A DNA stretch of 64,000 nt. It comes from Mobula hypostoma (Eukaryota). The number at the start of each line of letters is the position of its first letter. The stretch's first letter is position 1. The DNA is taken from the NCBI RefSeq assembly GCF_963921235.1, contig NC_086097.1, positions 187,986,001 through 188,050,000 on the forward strand. Direction: 5' to 3'. The notes under the pieces were generated by a model. The model saw only the letters and a list, made by a program, of their open reading frames with translations. It had not been told where the DNA came from and did not search any database. Shown one piece after another: positions 49,370 through 61,560 of this stretch. A program made the translations under genes and the position numbers.

Positions 49370-51635
49370 AAATGAACCCTTAGTGGCAAGTAATCATAAT
49401 GTGATTGAATTCACCCTGAAATTTGAGAAGGAGAAGATAAAGTCAGATGTATCAGCATTACAGTGGAATAAAGGGAATTACAGAGGCTTGAAAGAGGAGT
49501 TGGCCAGAATTGACTGGAAAAGTACACTGGCAGGAATGATAGCAGAGCAGCAATGCCTAGAATTTCTGGAAACAATTTGAAAGACACAGGATATGTACAT
49601 GCCAAAGAGTAAGAAGTATTCTAAAGGCAAGATGACACAACCGTGGCTAACAGGAGAAGTCAAAGCCAACATAGAAGCCAAAAAGAGGGCATACAATAGA
49701 GCAAAAAATAGTGGGAAGTTAGAGAATTAGGAATGAACGGAAGGCAACTAAAAAGTCATTAAGAAGGAAAGTAAGCTAGCCAATAATACTAAAAGTTTCT
49801 TCGGATACAAAAAATGTAAAGGAGGGGTGAAAGTGGATATCAGACCATTGGAAAAGGATGCTTAAGAGATTGTAATAGTAAACAAGGAAATGGGGGATGA
49901 ACTGAATAAGCTTTTTTGAATAAGTTTTTTGCATCAGTCTTCACTGAGAAAGACACTAGCAGAATGCTGGAAGTTTGAGAGTGTCAGCAGAGTGTGTGAA
50001 GTTGCCATAACTAAGGAAAAGGTCCTAGGGGAAACTGAAAGGTCTGAAAGTAGATAAGTCACCCGGACCAGACAGTGTGCACTCCAGGGTTCTGAAAGAG
50101 GTAGCTGAAGAGATTGTGGAGGCGTTAGTAATGATCTTTCAAGAATCACTAGATTCTGGCATGGGTCGGAAGACTGTAAAATTGTATACGTTACTCCACT
50201 CATCAAGAGGGAAGAGAGGCAGAAGAAAGGAAATTTTAGGCCAGTTAGTCTGACCTCAGTGGTTGGGAAGATGCTGGAGTCAATTGTTAAGGATGTAGTT
50301 TCAGGGTACTTGGAGGCACGATAAAATAGGCCACAGTTATCATATTTTCCTCAAGAGAAAATCCTGCCTGATAAATCATTTGGCATTTTTTGAAGAAATA
50401 ACAAGCAGGATAGACAAAAGAGAATCAGTTCATGTTGTGCACTTGGACTTTCAGTAAGCCTTTGACAAGATGCCACACTTGAGACTGCTTAACAAGCTAT
50501 GAGTCCATGGTATTACAGGAAAGATTCTAGCATGGATAAAGCAGTGGCTGATTGGCAGGAGGCAAAGAATAGAAATAAAGGAATCCTTTTCTGGTTGGTT
50601 GCCAGTGACTAGTGGTGTTCCATAGGAGTCTGAGTTAGGACTGATTCTTTTTACATTGCATGTCATTGATTTGGATGACAGAATTGATGGCTTTGCTGCA
50701 AAGTTTGCAGACAATATGAAGATAGGTGGGGGCAGGTAGTTCTGAGAAAGTAGAGAGGCTACAGAAGGACTTAAACAGATTAGGAAACTGGACAAAGAAG
50801 TGGCAGATGGAAAACAGTATCGTGAAATGTATGGTCATGCACTTTGGTAGAAGAAATGAAAGGGTTGACTATTTTCTAAATGGAGATAAAATACAAAAAA
50901 AAACTGAAGTGCAAAGGGACTTGAGAGTCCTTGTGCAGGATTCCCTACAGGATAAATTGCAGATTGCATCTGTTGTGAGGAAGGCAAATTTGATGTTAGC
51001 ATTCATTTCAAGAGGACCAGAGTATAAAAGCAAGGATATAAAGTTGAGACTTTACAAAACATTGGTGAAGCTTCACCTGGAGTACTGTGAGTAGTTTTGG
51101 GCCCCTTATCTTAGAAAGGACATGCTGAAACATGAGATGGTTCAAAGAAGGTTCATAAAAATGATTCCAGGATTGAACAGCTTGTCATATGAAGAGCATT
51201 TGATGGCTCTAGGACTGTACTCATTGGAATTCAGCAGAATAAGGGGTGACCTAATTGAAACTTACTGAGTGGTGAAAGGCCTTGATAGAATGGATGTAGA
51301 GAGGATGCTTTCTATGCGGGAGAGTCTAAGACCAGAGGACACAGCCTCAGAATAGAGGGGCATCCATTTAGAAGAGAGTTGAAGAGCAATTTCTTTAGCC
51401 ACGGAGTAGTGATTATGTGGAATTCGTTGCCACAGGCAGCTGTGAAAGCCAAGACTTTTTGTATATTTAAGGAAGAGGTTGATAGATTCTTGATTGGTGA
51501 GTGCATTAAATGACACGGGGGGCAGGGGGTGGGAAGGCAGGAGATTGGGGCTGAGGGAGAAAAATTGATCAGCCATGATGAAATCGCAGAACAGACTCGA
51601 TAGCCCAATTCTGCTCTTATAACTTGTGGTCTTAG
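49370..51635 (+). mobile_element. CR1 ORF2 remnant
   Basis: SNHNVIEF; RPVSLTSVVGK; KLHLEYCE; CR1 3' end. Confidence 0.9.
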
Positions 51636-52940
51636 GATGGTCAACTACAAAGAAAAATTCTCTGAAAAGAGAAATATAATTAATGCTTCAGGTAAAAATC
51701 CCTTTCCAATTTTTAATAAACAGAGCAAGGATCCTAAACTGAAAGGAAAAAAAATAAGAATAATTCCAGTTCTAACTATATCATCCACAAATTTTCAGAT
51801 GCATCAACTAATGCCGTCTTTTAAAATTACCAGCTGCTGTAACAAGGCTTGCACAATTCATCTTGCAATATCTGATTCTAAACATTTACGGTTCATACTT
51901 GTGTCCTATAAACTTATACTCAGGCAATTTCAATTATCGATATCATTTGTCTAGTGTAGTTTAGGAATGAGAAAAAACAGTTGCTTGTTGTATGATACTG
52001 TTACTGGAGATATTTAGGTGTTTGGCTGATGCACATGGAATTCTAAAGATTACCCTAAAATAAGACACAAGGTGTACAGGGAAAAACGGTTATTAACTTT
52101 TCACTGGGGCTATTATTATTAAAACCACTTTTGTAGATAGATAAAATAAAAATGATCCTAGTTTCTTTTTAATCAAACCTTAAAATCTTTAAGCATTAAT
52201 TTTATAAGACCATGATACATCAGAGCAGAATTAGACCATTTGGCCCATCAAGTCTGCTCTGCTATTCCATCATGGCTGATTTATTTTTCGCCCTCAACCC
52301 TTTTCTCCTGCCTTCTTCACGTAACCTTTGACATTCTTGCTAATAAAGAAGCTATTAACCTCCATTTTAAATATATCCAATGATATATCGATATTGTCAT
52401 TACATTTTACAATATTTTTAAGTTTGGATTTTTTAATAGCTTTCTTCCATCTCAAAGTTCAAAATAAGTTTAATATCAAAGTATGTATATATTGTCATAT
52501 ACTACCTTGAGATTCATATTCTTTCATGCTTTTACAGGGGAAAAAGAAATATAATAGAATTTAATGAAAAACTTTACATAAACGAAGACTGACAAACACC
52601 AATGTACAAAAGAAGACAAACTGTGCAAATAAAAATAATACTGAGAACGTGAGTTGTAAGAGTCCGTAAATGAAGTTACCCACACAGATTTAGGAGCCTG
52701 ATGATTATAGGGTAATGACCTGGCAGTGTAGGATCTAAGACTTTAGTACCTCTGTTCCTTTGATGATGGATGCCACTTTTTTGTGGAAATTATATTGTCA
52801 AATTAAAAATATAATTTGCAGACCTAGCGGCATGGACATTTAAATTTTTCTGCTGTACCAGTTATTCTTTTCATCCATTTTAGTGAGGCCCAATAATGTA
52901 TTGAAACAATTTCCTACAGTTATTATGCAGCTTTACTCAC

Positions 52941-53008
52941 CTGAGTGAGGTTACCCAGGATTGGTTCTGCTGTATGCTGAAGAAGCGTTTGAATTACCGA
53001 ATCAAGTT
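52941..53008 (-). CDS. CNBD1: CNBD1-like exon (68 nt): (E)LDSVIQTLLQHTAEPILGNLTQ
   Basis: ttttttttccatgcag|AA ... CAG|gtgagt; phase 1-0, completes GAA with the upstream exon. Confidence 0.88.
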
Positions 53009-53344
53009 CTGCATGGAAAAAAAAGCAATATGAAAGAAGTTTAAAAACTAATTTTATTAAAATAATATAGATCCTGCAAATGTATAATGAAAATGTTTAC
53101 GTATAAGTAAGTTTCCACCTGCAAAGTAGGAAGCATTCAAAGGTGAAATAAAGGCCCTTACACTCATGTAAAGGTGAATGCCGAGGAAGGCAAATAGAGG
53201 GAATCCTGGATGACATGGAATATCAAAGGTTGGATAAACATAAAAAAGTAAGGATGTAGCAGATATAAAGAAGTAAAGACAGGGAAGATTTATCAAGAGA
53301 ATCAAAGTGTACGAAGGTGTTTAACAAGGAAATTAGGAAAGCAA

Positions 53345-54823
53345 GCAACACACACGAACTGCTGGGGGAACTCAACAGGCCAGAAAACATGGAAAAGAGT
53401 AAACTGTTGATGATTTGGGCCGAGACCTTGCATCAAAACTGGAGAAAAAAAAGATGGGAAGTCAGGGTAAGAAGGTGGGGGAAGGGAGGAAGAAATATAA
53501 GGTAGTAGGTGATAGGTGAAACTGGGAGGGGGAGGGGTGAAGTAAAGAGCTGGGATGTCAGTTGGTGAAACAGATAAAGGGCTGGAGAAGGGGGAATCTG
53601 ATAGGAAAGGACAGAAGGCTATGGAAGAAAGGGAAGGGGAAGGAGCACCAGAGGAAGGTGATGGGCAGATAAGGAGATAATGTGAGAGAGGGGAATGGGA
53701 ATGGTGACCCAAAGGTCGAGAAATTGATGTTCATGCTATCAGGTTGGAGGCTACCCAGACAGAGTACAAGGTGTTGCTCCTCCACCCTGTGTGTGGCCTC
53801 ATTGTGGGAGTAGAGTAGTGGACTGACATGTTGGAACGGGAATGATAAGTCGAATTAAAATGGATGGCCACTTGGAGATCCCACTTTTTCTGGCAGATGG
53901 AGCGTAGGTACTCGGTGACGTGGTCTCCCAATTTACGTCAGTCTCATCAATATACAGGAGGCCATACTGAGAGCACCAGATACAATAGATGACACCAAAA
54001 GACGCACAAGTGAAGTGTCGCCTCACCTGGAAGGACTGTTTGGGGCCTTGAATGGTAGTGAGGGCGGAGGCGTAGGGGCAGGTTTAACACTTTTTCCGTT
54101 TGCAAGGATAAGCACCGGGAGGGAGATCAGTGGGGAGGATGAATGGACAAGTCGCGTAGGAAGCAATCCCTATGGAAGGCAGAAAGTGGGGAAGAACGAA
54201 AGATGTGCTTGGTGGTGGGATTCTATTGGAGATGGCAGAAGTCATGGAGAATTATGTGCTGGACGTGATGGTTGGTGGGGTGGTAGTGAGGACAAGAGGA
54301 ACCCTACCCCTGGTGGGGTGGCGGGTGGATGGGGCAAGGTAAACATGCACAAAATGAACAGCGTTGATGGTGGGGGAAAGGAAGCCTCTTCCTTTGAAGG
54401 AGAAGGACATCTCCTACATTCTAGAATGAAAAGCCTCATCCTGCAAGAAGCTGCGGTGGAAGTGGAGGAATTGAGAGAAGGGGATGGCATTTTTACAAGT
54501 AACAGGATGCAAAGAGGTATAGTCTAAGTAGCTGTGAGAGTCAGTGGGTTTATAAAAGATATCAGTAGATAAGCTGTCTCCAGAGGTAAAGACAGAAAGA
54601 TCAAGAAAGTGGAGGGAGGTGTCGGAAATAGACCAGGTAAATTTGGTAACAGGCTGGAAGTTGGAGGCAAAGTTGATGTCAACAAGCTCCACATGGGTGC
54701 AAGAAGCAGCACCAATGCGTCAGTGATGTAGCGCAGGAAAAGTTGAGGATTGATGCTGCTGCAGGCTTGGAACATAGACTGTTCCATGTAGCTGACAAAA
54801 AGGCTGGCATAGCTGGGACCCAT
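53345..54823 (-). mobile_element. Penelope-like element with RT and GIY-YIG remnants, inserted in an old CR1
   Basis: MGPSYASLF..LRYITD; FLDLSV; FYKPTDSHSYLDY; FTC..VIYCIWCSQYGLLYIDET; GGAAAGCAA duplicated at 53336-53344 and 54824-54832. Confidence 0.92.
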
Positions 54824-55267
54824 GGAAAGCAAAGAAGGGTCACTGATACACAATAGTATCGTAAGGTATTTTCTAATTATTTTAGGAATAGTTAGAGAAA
54901 GATTTGTACCTATTAAGAACAACAGGGCAATCTACTGTAAGGCCAGAAGGTGAGGTCCTAAATGAATCCTTAGCTGGAACGGTTGGTCTCTTGTGTCTGG
55001 TAAACAGGGATTTATTCAGGTGACAAGCAGGTGGACCAGCAGAGAGGGGAGTCACACACTCATGTGGACTAACAATTGGTAAACAATGGAAAATGAATCA
55101 AATGGATCACATTGATGGGTGTCATCCAAAGGGATCAATGCCCGTGCCCTAGTTATTCACTATCCAGAGAAACAATTTGCCCGAGAATCCAAATCTCATT
55201 TGTTTCCCTGTGAAGGGTGGAGAGAAGAGCAACAATCATGGAAAAATGACCACAAGAGGGAGGACAC

Positions 55268-56410
55268 ATGAACCACTCTCCAATCCTCCGGCACCTCACC
55301 TGTAGACAGCGACATTTTAAATATTTCTGCCAGGGCCCCTGCAATTTCAACACTAGTCTCCTTCAAGGTCCAAGGGAACACCCTGTCAGATCCCAGGGAT
55401 TTATCCACTTTAATTTTCCTCAAGACAGCAAGGACCTCCTCCTTTTCGATCTGTACAGTTTCCACGATCTCACTACTTGTTTCCCTTAATTCCATAGACT
55501 TCATGCCAGTTTCCTTAGTAAACACAGACGCAAAAAACCTATTTAAGATCTCCCCCATTTCTTTCGGTTCCACACATAGCCGACCACTCTGATCTTCAAG
55601 AGGACCAATTTTATCCCTTACAATCCTTTTGCTCTTAATATACCTGTAAAAGCTCTTTGGATTATCCTTCACTTTGACTGCCAAGGCAACCTCATGTCTT
55701 CTTTTTGCCCTCCTGATTTCTTTCTTAAGTATTTTCTTGCACTTCTTATACTCCTCAAGCACCTTATTTACTCCCTGCTTCCTATACATGTCATACAACT
55801 CCCTCTTCTTCTTTATCAGAGTTGCAATATCCCTTGAGAACCAAGGTTCCTTATTCCTATTCACTTTGCCTTTAATCCTGACAGGAACATACAAATTCTG
55901 CACTTTCAAAATTTCTCCTTTGAAGGCTTCCCACCTACCGATCACATCCTTGCCAGAGAACAACCTATCCCAATCCATGCTTTTTACATCCTTTCTCATT
56001 TCTTCAAATTTGGCCTTCTTCCAGTTAAGAACATCAACCCTAGGACCAGATCTATCCTTGTCCATGATCAAGTTGAAACTAATGGTGTTATGATCACTGG
56101 AACCAAAGTGCTCCCCTACACAGACTTCTGTCACTTGTCCTAACTCGTTTCCTAACAGGAGATCCAATATTGCATCCCCTCTAGTTGGTCCCTCTATATA
56201 TTGATTTAGAAAACTCTCCTGAACATATTTTACAAACTCTAAACTATCTAGACCCCTAACAGTATGGGAGTCCCAATCAATATGTGGAAAATTAAAATCC
56301 CCTACCACCACAACTTTATGTTTCCTGCAGTTGCCTACTATCTCTCTGCAGATTTGCTCTTCCAATTCTCGTTGACTATTGGGTGGTCTGTAATACAATC
56401 CCACTAATGT
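55268..56410 (-). mobile_element. Young CR1 ORF2 internal fragment
   Basis: ORF 55196-56404: LYYRPP, VGDFN, SDHN, VPEDWR; stops before the RT core. Confidence 0.9.
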
Positions 56411-56414
56411 GAAA

Positions 56415-58100
56415 CGATGGAAGTACTCAATACCTTACTGGACTTAAAGGTAGATAAATTGGAAGGACTAAATGAGATTTATCCCAGGGTGCTGAAGGAG
56501 GCAAGTAAAGAGACTGATTATTTATTTCTATCCATATATAATGCCTGATCTGCTAAGTTCTTCCAGCATTTTGACCGTGTGTTACAAGAGATTGCTGGTG
56601 TTCTGGCTGAAATTTTTTAATCTTTTCTGATCATAAGTGAGGTGCCAGAGGACTAGAAAACTGTTAATGTGATCTGCCTTTTTAACGGCAGCAGAAAAAA
56701 AAACCTGACAATTATGGATTTGTGAGCCCAACATTAGTAGAAGAGAAGTTATTGGAAAAACTTCTGAGGAACAAGATTTACATCTCCTTGGAAAGATAAG
56801 GTGAATCAGAAATAGACAGCATAGCTTTGTTAAAGGTAAGTACTGTCTAACAAACTGATTTAAACTCTTGAGGTAGCTGCAAAGTGTATTAATGAAGACA
56901 CCTCATTAGATCTGGTTTACTTGGAATTCAGTAAGGTATTCAACAAGATCCTGAATAGAAGACTGGTCCACAAGATTTGGGACCAGGGAATGCAGGGAAA
57001 GTTGGCAAATTGAATCCAAAATTGGCTTGGCAATAGGAGAGAGTGGGTGATGTTAGAGGGTTGTTTTTTGACTCACTGTCGGTGATGAGTGGTGTTGAAT
57101 ATGGATTGATGCTGGAATCCTTGTTTGTAATATGCAGTATGTGAATGATGTGGATGTAGGCAGCTTTATTAGTAAGCTAGCAGATGCCACTAAAATTGCT
57201 GGAGTTGTTGACAGTGTGGATGGCAGCCTTAGACATAGGGTTCAAAGTTCAAAGTAAATTTATGGTCAAAGTATATATAATCCTGAGATGCATTTTCTTA
57301 CGGATAAACTCAATAAATCCATAAAAGAATAATGACCATAATAGAAAGGTTTTTTTGATGGTCAAATGACCTGAGAAACAGCAGTTCTTGATAAGTGTGA
57401 CAATGCATTTTGTGAGTACTAATGTAGCTAAGGTGTATGCCATGAATGGTATGGTCCTGGGGCATACTGAGGAACAAAGGGATCTTGCTTGCAAGTTCAA
57501 AGATTTTTAAGGTTGACAGTATAGTTAGATAGTGAAGTTAAGGAGGAGTATGGGATGTTGCACATCATTAATCATGGCACTGACTATGAGAGCAAGGAGG
57601 CTATGCTCCAACAGTAGTCAGACCTCATGCCGTTGCTCTGGTCACCACATTATAGGAAAGAAAGATATGATGGTGCTGGAGAGGATGTGCTGGAGATTAA
57701 CCAGGATGTTTTCTAAGATGGAACATTTTATGATGAGAGATCGAAGACGCTGAGTTTGCTTCTTCTGGACCGCAGGAGATTAAGAAGGGTATTGAGGTTT
57801 GTAAAATTATGAAAGACTGCATAGGTGAATAAAACTAGAGAACATAGATTTAGGGGTAGGGTAAAAGATTTATCATGAATTTGAAGGGGGTTCCTTTTCA
57901 CCGAGAGAGTGGTGAGTATTTGGAATGCACTGACAGAGAGGAGATGGAAGTGGCATTTAAGAGGTGACTAAGTGATCATTCAAATCACCTGAGCATTGAA
58001 GGCTATGGGCCAGATGCTCCAAGATGGGATTAATACATATGGGTTCCCACTGGTCTGTTTGGACATGGTGGGCTGAATTAACCTGTTTCCATGCTCTATA
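56415..58100 (+). mobile_element. Old CR1 remnant, continuing ~53070-53340 and 54830-54970
   Basis: Degenerate LKVDK, VPED, DLVYLEFSK motifs and CR1 3' end. Confidence 0.8.
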
Positions 58101-58817
58101 AGTTGTAAATAAATAAATTTCAGAGGACATTTCACTGATATGCAGCTATAAATTTCCAAAACAAGATGATGATTTGTATTAAATAATCTTTGCTATGCAC
58201 ATGAGCAATACAAATAGGAGACATCTGGTCCCATGAATTGCTCCACTATGCTGTAAAGATAATGGCTAATTTTCCACCTGAATGCTGTTTCCCAGCACCA
58301 TATCCTTGATGTCCAGAAATCTCTCATCTGTGTTTTGAATGATCATAATAACTGGGTTTCTGGTGAAGAACATTCCAAAGGTTCACCACCCTCTAAGTGA
58401 AGAAATATCTTTACATCTCAGTCCTAAAGGGTTAATTCCTTATTCTCAACTGTGCCACCTTGTCTTAGGCTTCTAAGCAATGGAAATAACTTCCCTGCAT
58501 TTAGCTTGTCAAACCCTTCAAGAATTGTTTCAATGAGATCGCCTCTCATTCTTCTAAACTCCAATAAATCGACCCAATCTCTCTTCATATAACAGCTATC
58601 CCAAAAGTCAGTCTAGAGATTATAGAGTTCCAATCTACTCATTCTCTCTTTGTAAGGCAAACTAATTGAATGAATCTTCATTGCTTTCAATATATGCAAA
58701 GTGAACCCTTATTTCAATAAGAATATCAAAACTATCCACAATCTAGCTGGTAGTGTCTTGCCAAAGCAATACATCAGTGTATTCAGTAAATTAAGGTAAA
58801 GAGTTTTTGACCATTAC

Positions 58818-58968
58818 CTAACAAATCATGATCTGAAATAACTCCAAGTTCAACTTTCGTTGCTGTGATAATTGAACAGGTGAAGGGTTTTTTAAGAAGA
58901 ATGCTGATCTCTCCAAAAGATTCATTTTCTCCAAGTTTTCCCATGATAACTTGCTTCAATTCACTTAC
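58818..58968 (-). CDS. CNBD1: CNBD1-like exon (151 nt): VSELKQVIMGKLGENESFGEISILLKKPFTCSIITATKVELGVISDHDLL
   Basis: catcattttcttgctag|GTA ... TAG|gtaatg; cNMP-binding FGE motif; resembles my recollection of vertebrate CNBD1 (MGKL..ESFGEISVLL..PFTC.IIT). Confidence 0.9.
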
Positions 58969-59202
58969 CTAGCAAGAAAATGATGTAAAAATCAACTTAA
59001 ATGACACAAAACAAGTGACATTTCAGGCTGAAACTGAGTGAATAAAATAAGTCAGAAATAAAGCCCAACACTGATAAGACATCCAGGACTGCCAGCCCAA
59101 AATACACAGAAATGAGCCTCTATTAGCCCCATTAAAAGAAATTGAAGTTTTATAGAGGTCAGCCAAATTACACATCTGGTGTCCTAACTGGGCCACACTT
59201 CA

Positions 59203-59429
59203 AGCAATACACATCAAAGTTGCTGGTGAACGCAGCAGGCCTGGCAGCATCTCTAGGAAGAGGTACAGTCGACGTTTCAGGCCGAGACCCTTTGTGAGTC
59301 CCGACGAAGGGTCTCGGCTCGAAACGTCGATTGTACCTCTTCCTAGAGATGCTGCCTGGCCTGCTGCGTTCACCAGCAACTTTGATGTGTGTTGCTTGAA
59401 TTTCCAGCAGCTGCAGAATTCCTGTTGTT
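59203..59429. mobile_element. Palindromic mini-PLE folding at the hammerhead core
   Basis: TSD TGGGCCACACTTCA (59189-59202) / TGGGCTACACTTCA (59430-59443); ~95-bp arms. Confidence 0.9.
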
Positions 59430-59689
59430 TGGGCTACACTTCATATAGATTTGACGTACTCCTTTTGTCTGTAGTACCATCTGCCTGGTAGAGAAAAGTG
59501 CAACTTGATACTCCACTCCACAAGCCAGAACATCTCTGACCAAAGTGATATAGATGCAAGTTCTACTTAAAATGGTGCTCCATGAAATTCAGTGCAAATA
59601 TCTGGGCCTAGAATATTTAGGTATAGGATAATTCCCAAGCTTTACATTACCTTAGTCATTCAAGCCCAAATAACATTGGTGGGCAATAT

Positions 59690-60232
59690 AAACAAATGAG
59701 AAAATCTGCAGATGCTGGAAACCTGAGCAACACACACAAGATGCAGGAGGAACTCTGCAGGCCAGGCAGCATCTATGGAAAAGACTACAGTCGGTGTTTC
59801 AGGCCAAGACCCTTCATCAGGACTGGTGGAAAAAAGATGTGAGTCAGAGTTAGAAGGTGGGGGGAAGGTGATAGGTGAAACCTGGAGGGGGGAGGGGTGA
59901 AGTAACGAGCCGGGAGGTTGATTGGTGAGAGAGGTACAGGGCTGCAGTAGGGGGAATCTAATAGGAGAGGACAGAAGGCCATGGAAGGAAGAAAAAGGGG
60001 AGGAATATCAGAGGGAGGCAATAGGCAGGCAAGGAGATAAGGTGAGAGAGGGTAAAGGGGATGGAGAATGAAGAAGGGGTGGGGGGGATCATTACCGTAA
60101 GTTCGAGAAATCAATTTTCATGCTATCAGGTTGGAGGCTACCTAGATGGAAGACAAGGTGTTGCTCCTCCAACCGGAGTATGGCCTCATCGCAATAGTAG
60201 AGGAGGCCATGGATTGACATGTTGGAATGGGA
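59690..60232 (-). mobile_element. PLE 3' fragment; hammerhead (59788-59825) with mutated cleavage triplet
   Basis: LEEQHLVFHLGSLQPDSMK; reverse complement CAGTC CTGATGA AGGGTCTTGGCCT GAAAC ACC GACTG. Confidence 0.88.
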
Positions 60233-60690
60233 AGGGATATTCAGTGACTTGGAAATTTTCTTGTATCCATCTCCTGACTTGTGCTTTTCAATAGCCTTTT
60301 CCACGAAGTTGATTGGAGTATTCTTTTGTCTTTATGGTGTAATTTTTGCCAGGATACAGACTCAGCAGCAGCTGGACCTTCTAGATACAGGTGTATTTTT
60401 ACTACAATCAATTGAAACACCTTGACTGCACACAGTGATCTCAGTTTAACTAATTATGTGACTTCTAAAACCAACTGGCTGCACCAGCCAAGGGGGTGAA
60501 TACTTACGCAATCAATTATTTTGGTGTCTTATATTTGTAATTAATTTTGATTACTTTGTTAAGATCGGTTTTCACTTTGACATGAAAATGTCTTTTCTGT
60601 TGATCGGTGTCAAAAAAAGCCAAATTAAATCCACTGTGACTCAATGTTGTGAAACAATATTTTTTGGGGGGAAACTTTTTCTAGGCACTG
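60233..60690 (-). mobile_element. Tc1-like transposon 5' end
   Basis: Minus terminus TA|CAGTGCCTAGAAAAAG; transposase N-terminus IEKHKSGDGYKKISKSLNIP. Confidence 0.85.
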
Positions 60691-60719
60691 TATATATGAT
60701 GTGTAGATATTACTAAAGT

Positions 60720-61560
60720 GACCTACATTTATTAAAGGCAGAATTATTTACTCTGCACTCTGATCACAGATGTGCTGAGTAAATAAGCAGAACATAGTGG
60801 ATGAAGATATGCTGGTTAGTGGGGAAATAATAAATAGTGGTCTAGTAAATGTGGTAATGGGAGAAATTGCCCATTTTAACAGGAAAAAAAGTATAATATC
60901 CAAATGGAGAGAGAATGCAGAACTCTGAGATGCAGAGGGATCTGGAGATCTGGTATTCTGATGCACACTTTGCAAAAGACTATAATACAAGCACAGCAAG
61001 TAATTAGGAAAGCTGCAAAATGTTATAGTTTATTACTAGGGGACTTGAACTCAAAGATGGGGAGGCAGTGCTCAACTTATATAGGGTATTGTGAGACCTC
61101 ATCTGAAATATTATAAATGGAATTGATTTCCTTATTTGGGTAAACAATGTAAGCAATTCAATACCTGGAAAAAGGGATGTACTATATGAGGAAAGGCCAG
61201 AAAACTGAGAGAACTTGAATGGAATTTTCAACACCTTGAGGGGTAAAATGAAGAGTATGTTTCCAGGGAACACTGTTGAAATATATATGGGTCATCATTA
61301 AATAATTGATGAAGTAGTTTTCTTTCCCCTCTTTGAGAGAGTCAACAGTCTTCAGAATTCTGGTTCTCAAGTGGTGATGGAAATAGAACCCTTGAATACT
61401 TTTAAGGCAGAGTGAAATAGATTCTTAATTGGTGAGGCTGTGGAAGTTATAACAGGTTGAAAGGAATGCAGAGTTGAGATATAATCATTTCAGTCATGAT
61501 CTCATTAAAGAGCAGAGCTGGGGTTGAGTAATCTATTCCTGCTCCTAATTCATATATTCC
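60720..61560 (+). mobile_element. Old CR1 3' remnant
   Basis: QAQQVIRKA-like motif and degenerate CR1 3' end. Confidence 0.65.
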
